The notes below the pieces were generated by a model, which was given only the letters and a program-made list of their open reading frames with translations, was not told the DNA's origin and made no database searches. Of a DNA stretch of 64,000 bases, positions 49,973 to 59,127 are shown one piece after another; the stretch's first letter is position 1; every line of letters starts with the position of its first letter. The translations under genes and the position numbers were made by a program. Source of the DNA: Lachnospiraceae bacterium (GTDB lineage: Bacteria; Bacillota; Clostridia; Lachnospirales; Lachnospiraceae); assembly GCA_050944395.1 (NCBI GenBank), contig JBMNQZ010000003.1, positions 22,244 through 86,243 of the forward strand, read 5' to 3'.

Positions 49973-50288
49973 GAAGGAATTGAAGCAAAAATGAAACCCC
50001 ACCCCTCATGAATGAGGGGCAGGGGAGTTGAATAGGAGAAGTCTACTTCTTAATGAAATCTCCCGCAAATTTAAGGTGTCAGAAAAAATTTGCGGAAGAT
50101 ATGCGTTTTTGCGGCGGAAGTGATGCTGCAAAAACGCATTCATCCGTCACCGGGAAGCCGGAAAGCAGAAATTCTGCTTTTAAGAAGGCATTTGTCGAAA
50201 AAAGGTCCCCGGCTTTAGAAGGAGCTTGCCGCGTGCAAATGAAGGGAAATGTATGCGGCAGAGTGTGATAAGATTCATTCAGGAATAG

Positions 50289-50705
50289 TTATTCCTGCAT
50301 AGAATCGATAACAGCCTTATATGCTTCCGGCATATTTTTCTTTATGCTGAGGGGATGTCGGGTTTCATCGTCTAAGAAGCAATGTGAAGTCCAGCCGGTA
50401 GTGGACGGCTTATCGCTGCCGTTGGGATAGATTTCATATGCGAATTTCAGGCGGATCCCGTTGAATTCGGTGACTATGGTTCTGATGGTTACCTCATCAT
50501 CGTATCTGAGGGGAGAACCGTATTTTACGTGAGCTTCCACAACGGGAATGATTATTCCGGCATCTTCCATTGAATGGTAATCCACGCCAGTCTGGCGCAT
50601 ATAGTCCAGACGCGCCTCCTCAAACAGACGGAGATAATTTGAATTATGCACATAGTTCATCCGGTCTGTTTCGTAATAATAGATTCTTCTTTTATATTCT
50701 TTCAT
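50289..50705 (-). CDS. 4HBT/YbgC-type acyl-CoA thioesterase
   Basis: The N-terminus RIYYYETDRMNYVHNSNYLRLFEEAR is typical of hotdog-fold thioesterases. 138 aa. Confidence 0.8.
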   Translation of the reverse strand: MKEYKRRIYYYETDRMNYVHNSNYLRLFEEARLDYMRQTGVDYHSMEDAGIIIPVVEAHVKYGSPLRYDDEVTIRTIVTEFNGIRLKFAYEIYPNGSDKPSTTGWTSHCFLDDETRHPLSIKKNMPEAYKAVIDSMQE

Positions 50706-50707
50706 AA

Positions 50708-52558
50708 TTACTCCCTGTTCTTAACTGCAAGTTTTAAAAGACCGAGTTCGAGATCGTTTGCCGCCATCTGTTTTACAATGAAGTGCTGCAGCTTTCCGGT
50801 AGCGGTCATAGGAAGCTCTTTTACGAAACGATAATATCTCGGACGTTTGTAACCTGACAGGAGATCGGATTCGCCGCAGAAATCAATGAGTTCGTTGATA
50901 CTCAGAGATTCGTCCTCGGGAACGATGTATGCGACAACAGCTTCGCCTCTGGTTGCGTCCGGAACTCCTGTTACGGCACAGCTTGCAACCTTTGGATGCA
51001 GATTGAGGGCTTCCTCGATGATAGGAGGATAGATATTTTCTCCTCCGGAAATAATCATGTCATCCTTTCTGCCCGCAATTGTAATGAACTGATTGCTGTC
51101 CCATGTAGCCAGATCTCCGGTGTACATCCAGCCTTTGTAAAATTTATTTTCTTCCTCTTCGGGATTGTTGTAATAGCAGTACGACGATTTTGGAGATCTG
51201 ATTATTACCTCGCCGGTTTCTTCCTCGTTTGTTGCGGCCAGGTCGTCGGGGTCTGCTTTACGGTCTTCGTATACTTTTACTACTCTGACTTCATCATCGG
51301 TGCATGAGCGTCCTGCGGTGCCTGACATTTCCGGAAGGTCATACGGCCTTAAGAATGTATTCCAGAAGGTCTCGGTAGTGCCGTATCCGTTAAACAGATT
51401 CGGGGTAAGTACTTCCAGGACTTTCATGCAGTCTGCACGCTCGAAAGGAGCGCCCATTGTGATTATTCCGCGAAGGCTTGTGATATCGGCATTGTATTTC
51501 TGCTGATGACGAACAAGCATCTTAACAATGGACGGAACTCCGATGAGGAAAGTGATCTTATACTTTTCCACATATTTCAGAGAGGTGAGACTCTGGAAAT
51601 TTCTCATGATAACGACACATCCGCCGGCGTAAAGAGTCGGGTTCGGGCCTCCTGAGTGAATGCCGCCTCTGTGGAACCACGGCGTTGTGTTCATGGTGAT
51701 ATCCGTAGAGTTCATCGGGAAATGCATCATAACATCATGGGCCGAGAGCACTTCGTTTGCGTTGTAAAGCGGAACAGCCTTTGGCTTTCCGGTCGTTCCG
51801 GACGTATAGAGGCGCATTACCTCGTCATAGATGTTGGGTGTGAAGTTGACATCCGGCTCCGATTCCGGATAACCTTTGATGAAATCGTCAAAACGATAGT
51901 GCCCTTCCGGAAGCTCTCCGTCTCCGACCATAATACAGCAGTCCGGCATCTCATCGGCCTTTTCCAATGCCTTTACGGAGCCCTTGACGAACTGGCTGTC
52001 GTAAATGAATATCTTAGGCTTGCTGGTGTTAAGGCAGACAGCTGTCTCGCCGGATGAGAAATTGTAGTTTGCCGGGCTGTTTATGGCACCGAGCTTCTGG
52101 GGTGCGAGATAGCAGTAGAGAAATTCGAGGCTGTTCGGGAGCTGATATAAGACGACATCTCCCTTTTTAACGCCGTGATCCGAAAGGGCGTTGGCGAGAC
52201 GGTTGATTGTGCTGTTGAGCTGACTGTAGGTAAGAGTTGTTCCGCTTGGCGGATCTATAACTGCGGTCCTGCTTCCGAATCTTCTGACATTTCTCATAAA
52301 ACCTCTGATGTAGGTGAAATCTTCCTCGAAAACTTCACGGAACATCGGTTTCTTTTCCGAGTAATTGCGGTCTGCAAGCTCATCTATTGAAACTCCCAGT
52401 GCGTCGGCAATGAGGATAGCATAAGACACAGTGGGTTCCGCTCCGCTGTTGCAGTATTTTTTTATCATGTTATATGTGATGCCGGTCATATTGGCGAGCT
52501 GCGTCATTGAAACATTCTTTGAAGCCATCAAAGCTTTCAGTTTTTCATTAAAGGTCAT
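50708..52558 (-). CDS. XRE-type HTH domain fused to an AMP-dependent synthetase/ligase (acyl-CoA synthetase family)
   Basis: N-terminal HTH: MTFNEKLKALMASKNVSMTQLANMTGITYNMIKKYCNSGAEPTVSYAILIADALGVSIDEL. AMP-binding motifs YTSGTTGKPKAV, GYGTTE and YTGDL. ATG 52558 is preceded by an AGGAGG RBS. It lies 2 nt from the thioesterase gene. Confidence 0.8.
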   Translation of the reverse strand: MTFNEKLKALMASKNVSMTQLANMTGITYNMIKKYCNSGAEPTVSYAILIADALGVSIDELADRNYSEKKPMFREVFEEDFTYIRGFMRNVRRFGSRTAVIDPPSGTTLTYSQLNSTINRLANALSDHGVKKGDVVLYQLPNSLEFLYCYLAPQKLGAINSPANYNFSSGETAVCLNTSKPKIFIYDSQFVKGSVKALEKADEMPDCCIMVGDGELPEGHYRFDDFIKGYPESEPDVNFTPNIYDEVMRLYTSGTTGKPKAVPLYNANEVLSAHDVMMHFPMNSTDITMNTTPWFHRGGIHSGGPNPTLYAGGCVVIMRNFQSLTSLKYVEKYKITFLIGVPSIVKMLVRHQQKYNADITSLRGIITMGAPFERADCMKVLEVLTPNLFNGYGTTETFWNTFLRPYDLPEMSGTAGRSCTDDEVRVVKVYEDRKADPDDLAATNEEETGEVIIRSPKSSYCYYNNPEEEENKFYKGWMYTGDLATWDSNQFITIAGRKDDMIISGGENIYPPIIEEALNLHPKVASCAVTGVPDATRGEAVVAYIVPEDESLSINELIDFCGESDLLSGYKRPRYYRFVKELPMTATGKLQHFIVKQMAANDLELGLLKLAVKNRE

Positions 52559-52592
52559 ACAAAGACACCTCCTTATTTTAATGACTAAATGT

Positions 52593-52621
52593 ATATTAAA
52601 GTTCATAACGTGAGATGTCAA
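52593..52621 (-). promoter_or_regulatory. Candidate sigma-A promoter for the HTH-ligase/thioesterase pair
   Basis: On the minus strand: TTGACA (52621-52616), a 17-nt spacer, then TAATAT (52598-52593). Confidence 0.5.
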
Positions 52622-53500
52622 GAGAGATGGACAGAGATAAAAGTGAAATATAATTCAGAGAAATCGTTCACTTTCTTTCTGCTGTTCCGGGTGCGGAAGA
52701 GTACTTCCCGGGGACAGAGCTTTCCGGGCAGAATAATCATATAAAAAAGAGATGGCTTCCGACCCGTTCGGATTAACCGGACGAGATCCCGAAAACTATC
52801 TGCGATATGCTTCGTTTTTAATGAACAACTGTTTAAAATCCGTTTCTTATCAGAGTCGAATTCTTCCTGAGTCAAAATCCTTTTACCCATCAAAGCATTC
52901 AATTCCCTTAGCTGTTCGGCTTTGCTCCTTGCGGGGGGCGGGCTGAGATGATGATTAAATGATCTTATGAGTCACTGCCTATCCCCGAGCTATACCGGCA
53001 CCCGATCCGGCAAGACCGCCTTTTTGCTTTGAGGCGTCTCTTACGTCCCGGGCAGTCTGATACTGCAAAAAGAAATCCAAATCCTGTTCGAGAATGGATA
53101 GATTGCGATCGCATCAAGGGGGGGAGTGTTTTGTAAAAAAGTATGCGTTTTTGCAAATAATTGTTTTTATTCAGATGACTTGAATTATATCACATAAACG
53201 TACTGTTTAACCAAATTATTATGTTTTTTAAAAAGAAATGCAGAGAATAGCCCTTGTCAAAAACGTATACATTTATGAAAAAAGGGACGGCTTTCAAAGT
53301 GCGTCGGACATATATCGGACCGGGTTCAGCAGTGCGAGCGGATACGTCTTCCTCCCAATGCCGGATTGAAGGCACGGATGCCGTGGGCGTAAATTTCTCA
53401 AATAAAGGCCGGTTCCCTTTATCGCTTGAACAATTCCGGATGGTTCTCATCCATACACAGCATCATAAAAGAACTGTTTCACTTACACACGGGGGCAAAA

Positions 53501-56086
53501 ATGATAAGAAAGAAAATATTGGCAGCACTGATCCTGTCCGGGGTCATGATCCTTCAAAGCCCGGTCGCGGCAATGGCGGACGTATACTCCGGGGCGGAAG
53601 AAGCCGAATCCGGAGAAACCGGGACGGAAGAGTCCGAATCGGAAAAAACCGGGACAGTAGAGTCTGAATCCGGGGAAACCGGGACGGAAGAGTCCGGATC
53701 GGAAGAAACCGGAGAAGAAGAGACCGGATCCGGAGAAACAGGGGCGGCAGACGAAACGGCGGAAATCCTCTTATCGGGTGCTGAAGCCGATATATCATTC
53801 GATCCGGATGGATACTACCATCTGGAATGTATGGCGGACAGGAACTACACACTCCGGGTGGCGGACGGATCTCTGTCGGATTCCGGCAATGTCAATATAG
53901 GAAAAAAGACCTTATCCGCCGACAGCTGGTTCCGCATCGTAAATAACGCGGACGGCACCTTCACCTTCCGTTCCGCAAGATCCGGAAAGGTACTTGACGT
54001 GAAGGCGGGATCGAAGGACAACTTTGCCAATGTTCAGCAGTATTCGGCCAACGGCACCGCGGCACAGAAATGGACCGTAGTCCCAAATGAGGACGGATCC
54101 TGCGAGATAATAAATGCCGGATCGGGAAAGGCGCTGGATATAATGTCGGGCATCATCAAAAACGGTCAGAACGTCAGCCAGTACACCCGGAACGGCACCG
54201 CAGCCCAGAAATGGTGCATAACTCAGGTGGGAACGGATCCGAAACCTGAAGAGGGCATCCTATGCACGGCTCTCGGCTCATCGGAGAGGGCGCTTACTGT
54301 AAACGGCAGCATAAACGGCAACGGCGTAAACGTCTGCATCAAACGCAACACGGAATCCGACACGCAGAGATGGAGCTTTAAAAGACAGGCGGACGGAACC
54401 TACTTCATCCTTAACGGTGTGACAGGAAAGGCTCTTGACGTCTATGCCGGAGGATGCAGCAACAGGGACAACATATGGTGCTATGCGGAAAACGGAAGCA
54501 ACGCCCAGAGGTGGATCATAATTCAGGATCCGGACGGAACAGTGACTCTTATCAACAAGGGGTCGGGATTTGCCGCCGATGTTGAAGCCGCTGCGGACAA
54601 AGATCTGGCAAATGTATGGCAGTATCAGCCCAACGGAACGTGGGCTCAGAAATGGTACATAACCCAAGCTCACTCTCCTGAACCCGATCCCGAACCGGGG
54701 GAGGATACGGAAGATCCCATATTCGACCTTCCTGAGCCTACTGACCGGCAGTCTTCACAGGTTGGCGCAAACGTCACCGACTACTGCCTGCCGGCGGGCT
54801 TTTCTAAGGAGGAAGGAGAGATATACCGTGTCCCCGGCGGATCCATAGCCATACGCTTAAGGAATGAGGGGGCTTCCATAACCATGGAAGAAGATGACTT
54901 CAGGCTTTTTAGGGACTCCACGGACCGCAGCCGCATGGAGCTTAACCGGATACGTCTGCAGAGTGCCATGGACAGGGTTTCGGCAGCCGGAGGAGGAACG
55001 ATCCTCATCAGTGAGGGAGTGTATTACATAGAAAGGCAGCCCGAGCCTTATGAATACTGGGGTTCGATCCAGCCGCGGTACGGCTGCCTCGAGGCAAGGG
55101 ACAACGTTACCATTGCGGGAACCTCAAAAGACGGCACCGTAATGACCTGGATAAATCCCTGCGGCACGTATGACGCACCCGTGAATGTTTTCTACTGTCC
55201 GTTCACTGCCGAAAGGGAGGCTTCCGTGGAAAATGCGGACTTCAGGGACCTCGGCATAGACGGATACAACTGCACGCATACCGGAATATATGAGGCAAAC
55301 GGCAAAGGCTACATGCTCTATCAGCCGAAGGACTGTGACTGGTACAACTGCATCGTAAAGAACACGGATGGCACCGGCTTCGGCATCGACGAGATACTGA
55401 ACTGCACCATAACCAACTGCACGGCGGTTGCTTGCGGTAAAAGAGGAACTTCGGGCGGTGTTGGGGCTTCAGGCTTCGGCATCGGGTATGGAAGATCAAA
55501 AAATGAGAGCATCATCGTGAGGAACTGTCTGTCCCTTAACAACAGGAGGTTCGGGTTCTTCTTCGAGTCACAGTCGAGATTCGCTCCCCAATTTCCATAC
55601 GACACCGTGGATGGACCGCTCCTTGCCGAGAACTGCATCTCGGGAGGCAATTATTACAATTACGGAGGCGAGTTCTGCAATGGGGCGCAGTATGTCGGCT
55701 GCATTTCGAAAAAGTTGGGATCGGGTTACGGATATTCGAATCCTCTCGGTGTAAAAAATGCGCAGCATTACCATTTTGGTGACAACTGCACGGAAAATTT
55801 TATTAACGGTTCCGCCGTAGGACAGGATGAATACTTCTACGCGTCCAAGACGGATGAAGGCTTTTTTGTAAAGGCAAAGTCCTCCCTGATAGAGGGGACG
55901 GTGCATGTGGCGGCGTGGTCGGATACGGGCGGTCAGGATGACCTGAAGTGGTATCCTCTGTCAAAGAACGCCGACGGATCCTTCAGCACGACCGTGTCCT
56001 TCGCGAACCTCAAGCACGACGGGAAGGTACATTTCCATTTCTATACCGTAAATTCCAAAAAACTAAAGGTGCTTACACTGGGGTAG
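53501..56086 (+). CDS. Secreted protein: E/S/G/T-rich repeats, multiple ricin-type beta-trefoil lectin repeats, a right-handed beta-helix-like region and a C-terminal GBS-Bsp-like repeat
   Basis: Signal peptide MIRKKILAALILSGVMILQSPVAAMA. QxW lectin motifs (AQKW x3, TQRW, AQRW). Parallel beta-helix-like NxTIxNC repeats (NCIVKNTDG, NCTITNCTAV). The C-terminal segment VHVAAWSDTGGQDDLKWYPL...GKVHFHFY is GBS-Bsp-like. Confidence 0.7.
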   Translation: MIRKKILAALILSGVMILQSPVAAMADVYSGAEEAESGETGTEESESEKTGTVESESGETGTEESGSEETGEEETGSGETGAADETAEILLSGAEADISFDPDGYYHLECMADRNYTLRVADGSLSDSGNVNIGKKTLSADSWFRIVNNADGTFTFRSARSGKVLDVKAGSKDNFANVQQYSANGTAAQKWTVVPNEDGSCEIINAGSGKALDIMSGIIKNGQNVSQYTRNGTAAQKWCITQVGTDPKPEEGILCTALGSSERALTVNGSINGNGVNVCIKRNTESDTQRWSFKRQADGTYFILNGVTGKALDVYAGGCSNRDNIWCYAENGSNAQRWIIIQDPDGTVTLINKGSGFAADVEAAADKDLANVWQYQPNGTWAQKWYITQAHSPEPDPEPGEDTEDPIFDLPEPTDRQSSQVGANVTDYCLPAGFSKEEGEIYRVPGGSIAIRLRNEGASITMEEDDFRLFRDSTDRSRMELNRIRLQSAMDRVSAAGGGTILISEGVYYIERQPEPYEYWGSIQPRYGCLEARDNVTIAGTSKDGTVMTWINPCGTYDAPVNVFYCPFTAEREASVENADFRDLGIDGYNCTHTGIYEANGKGYMLYQPKDCDWYNCIVKNTDGTGFGIDEILNCTITNCTAVACGKRGTSGGVGASGFGIGYGRSKNESIIVRNCLSLNNRRFGFFFESQSRFAPQFPYDTVDGPLLAENCISGGNYYNYGGEFCNGAQYVGCISKKLGSGYGYSNPLGVKNAQHYHFGDNCTENFINGSAVGQDEYFYASKTDEGFFVKAKSSLIEGTVHVAAWSDTGGQDDLKWYPLSKNADGSFSTTVSFANLKHDGKVHFHFYTVNSKKLKVLTLG
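53606..53755 (+). repeat. In-frame 30-bp tandem repeat (5 copies) encoding (E/G)SGETGTEES-type decapeptides
   Basis: Units at 53606, 53636, 53666, 53696 and 53726. The consensus is GAATCCGGAGAAACCGGGACGGAAGAGTCC. Confidence 0.85.
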
Positions 56087-56149
56087 ACAAAGGGGAAGTG
56101 AAAAATATTCGTGTATCGATCGGCGAATGTCAGCAGAAAGGTTTTATTT

Positions 56150-57166
56150 ATGAAAAAAACAGACCAGATAGAAGGCTTGCGTGCGATCGCATGCCTCATG
56201 ATCGTTGCGGGACACTGCGGATTCCTCCATCTTGAGGGTCACGGCGGCGTTCCCGTGACATTCTTCTTCGCCCTTTCAGGGTTTCTCACTGCAGGGCCCT
56301 GGCGCGAAGGCTATGAGAAGGCTTTTTTCAGCTTTAAATATATCGGGAGTTTTTATGCCAGGCGGGCTCTCAGGCTACTTCCGGCATATTATGTGATACT
56401 GCTGACCGATGCCGCGTTAAGCGGATCATTTAGCTTTGAGCATCTCAGGGGGGATCTGTTTTTTACAGTATCCACGGGACATTACTGGTTCCTCCAGCAG
56501 TATCTCCTCCTTACTGTGCTTGCCCCGGCGATCATGCTGATCATCCTTTTTCTGAAGAAGGTGTGCGGCTTCGGTGATATTCCGGCGGCAGTATTCCTCA
56601 TGACTGCGGCTATCCTTATTCATGCCTTTGTCACCCGTGACGTATTCTATCTCATGGGCAACGGCATGAAACAGACGTTCAGGCTCCCGGAGTATATGAC
56701 GGGAATGGCTTTTGCCTATCTGTATAAGTCGTTGCCCAAAAAAGTGATAAAGGATGGAAAACTTAGGTGGTGTGTCGACGGCCTGTCGGTTCTGATACTG
56801 GCAGCCGGTTTCCTTTCGTCCCCGTTCTGTCTCGGACTTGTCAGACCTGAGTGGGCCGATATACACGTCGGATGGACGAACACTATGGAATGTGCTGTCA
56901 TCAGCTGCATGCTGGTTCTCGCGATACTCGTCAATCCTGACGGAATAGTGTCGCGATTCCTGCGCGTTCCGCCTCTGACCTTTCTGGGAAGGATCAGCTA
57001 TCAGATATATCTGATCCATTTTGTGCTTTTGATGCACTTCTCCCTCCCAAATTCTTTACTGAATTTCACAGTGAACCTGTCCGTCAGCATAGTATTGTCC
57101 CTTGTCATAAACTTTGCAGTCGAAAGACCCCTGTCGTCCCTGTGCAGCGCATTGAGACGAACGTGA
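56150..57166 (+). CDS. Acyltransferase family 3 (membrane O-acyltransferase)
   Basis: N-terminus MKKTDQIEGLRAIACLMIVAGHC. About 10 TM segments. The block LGRISYQIYLIHF is typical of acyltransferase_3. Confidence 0.8.
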   Translation: MKKTDQIEGLRAIACLMIVAGHCGFLHLEGHGGVPVTFFFALSGFLTAGPWREGYEKAFFSFKYIGSFYARRALRLLPAYYVILLTDAALSGSFSFEHLRGDLFFTVSTGHYWFLQQYLLLTVLAPAIMLIILFLKKVCGFGDIPAAVFLMTAAILIHAFVTRDVFYLMGNGMKQTFRLPEYMTGMAFAYLYKSLPKKVIKDGKLRWCVDGLSVLILAAGFLSSPFCLGLVRPEWADIHVGWTNTMECAVISCMLVLAILVNPDGIVSRFLRVPPLTFLGRISYQIYLIHFVLLMHFSLPNSLLNFTVNLSVSIVLSLVINFAVERPLSSLCSALRRT

Positions 57167-57180
57167 AAAAAGCGTGCAAA

Positions 57181-58827
57181 TTAGTTGATCCAGCTGTTTC
57201 TCAGCTCCACTCTTCGGATTTTTCCGCTGATAGTTTTTGGCATAGATTCCGCAAATTCAAGCAGCCCTATACTTTTGTAGGAAGCCATTTTTCTGTTGGT
57301 TTTAAGCAGGATGTCGTCATGAAGTTCTCTGCTCGGGCTGAACCCGTCTGCGAGGACAACTGTCGCCTTAATGATATTGCCTCTTTTTTCATCCGGAATA
57401 CCGACCACGGCGCATTCAAGCACCGCCGGATGCTCCATCAGAACATTTTCGACCTCAAAAGGCCCCACTCTGAATCCTCTTGTTTTGATAAGATCGTCGG
57501 CTCTGCCCACATACCAGTAATATCCGTCCTCATCTATCCATGCGGTGTCGCCGGTGTGATAGACGCCTCCTCTCCAGACATATTTATAAAGATCGTCATC
57601 TCCGTAATAATTCATAAAGACACCGTGCTGTGGTCTATCGTTTCTCGGAACCACCACGAGTTCGCCAACCTCTCCTTGAGGAACCTCGTCGCCGTTTGAG
57701 TCCGCTATCATCGTATTGTATAAAGGAGTGGGCTTTCCCATTGACCCCGCTTTTGTTTCGGTTCCTCTCAGATTTGCAAGCATGAGAACGGATTCTGTCT
57801 GGCCGAATCCCTCGTAAAGCGTAAGTCCGGTCTGCTCTTTTACCTTCTCAAACACCTCCGGATTCAGTGCCTCGCCGGCGGTGGTAATATGCTTCAGAGA
57901 AGAAAGATCTACCTTGTTCATTCCGTATTTTACGAAATATCTGTAGACAGTCGGAGGTGCACAGAAGCTGGTTACCTTATATTTGGAAATGATTTTCAAC
58001 AGGTTTCCGGGTGAGAATGCATCGAAATCATATACCAATACGGCACATCCGCAAAGCCATTGTCCGTAAATCTTTCCCCAGGAAGCCTTGCCCCAGCCTG
58101 TTTCGGCAACAGTCAGGTGAAGACCGTATTCCTTTACATCCTGCCAGTAACGCGCTGTTATTATATGTGAAAGAGAATAGGTGTGGTCGTGGATCACCGC
58201 CTTTGGATATCCTGTGGTGCCGGAGGTGAAATATATTATCATGGGATCCGTTGCTTTGGTATCTACTCTTTCAAGGGTACAGGATGCGGTTTCCATTTCT
58301 TTTGTGAAGTCAATGGTTTCTGTCAATGTTTTTCTGACGGCAAATATGTTTTTAAGTTCAGGGCAATCTTTTTGTGCCTCGAGAAGATCGCTCAGGGTGG
58401 AACCGTCGGGAGTTGCTACTGCGGCGGAAATTTCGGCGGTTTTGATCCGGTATTTCAAATCTTCAACAGTCAGCATATGTGTTGCCGGTATTATTACGGC
58501 TCCGAGTTTGTGGAGAGCGGGAGCGACATACCAATACTCGTAGTTTCTTTTGAGGATAACGAGAACGGTGTCTCCTTTTTTGATTCCGTGGGCTTTGAAT
58601 ACATTTGCAGCTTTGTTACTGAGTATGCTGATGTCTTTAAAAGAGAATTCTCTTGGTTCTTCATGAGGATGGCACCAGAGCATTGCGCGCTGATCAGGCT
58701 CGAGTTCTGCCATGCGGTCGATAACATCGTATCCGAAATTATAGTTCAGCGGATAATGTAAAGAAATATCGGACAGGTGGTTTTGAGAATCGTAAGTTTC
58801 GGTTATATAATTGTTGTATAAAAACAT
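57181..58827 (-). CDS. AMP-dependent acyl-CoA synthetase (medium-chain/acetyl-CoA-synthetase-like)
   Basis: Motifs YFTSGTTGYPKAV, GFGQTE, YHTGDTAW and SGKIRRVELR. Confidence 0.85.
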   Translation of the reverse strand: MFLYNNYITETYDSQNHLSDISLHYPLNYNFGYDVIDRMAELEPDQRAMLWCHPHEEPREFSFKDISILSNKAANVFKAHGIKKGDTVLVILKRNYEYWYVAPALHKLGAVIIPATHMLTVEDLKYRIKTAEISAAVATPDGSTLSDLLEAQKDCPELKNIFAVRKTLTETIDFTKEMETASCTLERVDTKATDPMIIYFTSGTTGYPKAVIHDHTYSLSHIITARYWQDVKEYGLHLTVAETGWGKASWGKIYGQWLCGCAVLVYDFDAFSPGNLLKIISKYKVTSFCAPPTVYRYFVKYGMNKVDLSSLKHITTAGEALNPEVFEKVKEQTGLTLYEGFGQTESVLMLANLRGTETKAGSMGKPTPLYNTMIADSNGDEVPQGEVGELVVVPRNDRPQHGVFMNYYGDDDLYKYVWRGGVYHTGDTAWIDEDGYYWYVGRADDLIKTRGFRVGPFEVENVLMEHPAVLECAVVGIPDEKRGNIIKATVVLADGFSPSRELHDDILLKTNRKMASYKSIGLLEFAESMPKTISGKIRRVELRNSWIN

Positions 58828-59023
58828 AAAATCTCCGTAAAATGTGTATTTTCAGAGCTTTATTAGCTTCTGAGTCTTTATTCTGAAGAACAGAATCGCA
58901 CATTTACGATAAAAATAACAGTCCAAAGATAATTCAAAGCAATGTGAATTATAATTCGAGAAATGCCGAGCAAAACAAGAAGTGAATAAAAAATTGTGAA
59001 TCAGAGTGCTAATGCGAGAAAAA

Positions 59024-59103
59024 GGGGGACAGAGGAAGGGGAGAAAGGTGCCAGGCGAAAGCACTAAAAGTGCCTGGCACCTTTCTCCCCTTCCTCTGTC
59101 CCC
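59024..59103. repeat. 32-bp perfect inverted repeat (probable bidirectional terminator) containing the GGTGCCAGGC core
   Basis: Left arm GGGGACAGAGGAAGGGGAGAAAGGTGCCAGGC (59025-59056), a 15-nt loop, and right arm GCCTGGCACCTTTCTCCCCTTCCTCTGTCCCC (59072-59103). It lies 3' of the lacI-family gene. Confidence 0.75.
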
Positions 59104-59127
59104 TTCATTGCCTTCGCCTGTCCCTTT

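Noticed and set aside
50053-50268. 71-aa ORF in the convergent intergenic region
   Set aside because: It has no RBS, it is built across several perfect hairpins, and the basic low-complexity translation does not look like a real protein.
52618-52902. 94-aa ORF on the minus strand as a real gene
   Set aside because: Only the first ~25 residues look like a protein motif (a SHOCT C-terminus). The frame is open upstream without a start codon, and the remainder runs through the promoter of the downstream gene. I treat it as a gene remnant.
52900-53160. Structured ncRNA or riboswitch (cobalamin, ZTP, RNase P, tmRNA or SRP) in the GC-rich patch
   Set aside because: I compared it by eye with the conserved cores I remember for these families and found no convincing match. 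A covariance-model scan is needed before any call.
53254-53667. 137-aa ORF overlapping the start of the lectin gene
   Set aside because: It is an alternative frame across the 30-bp tandem repeat, giving an Arg/Gly-rich artefact. The signal-peptide-bearing frame starting at 53501 is clearly the real gene.
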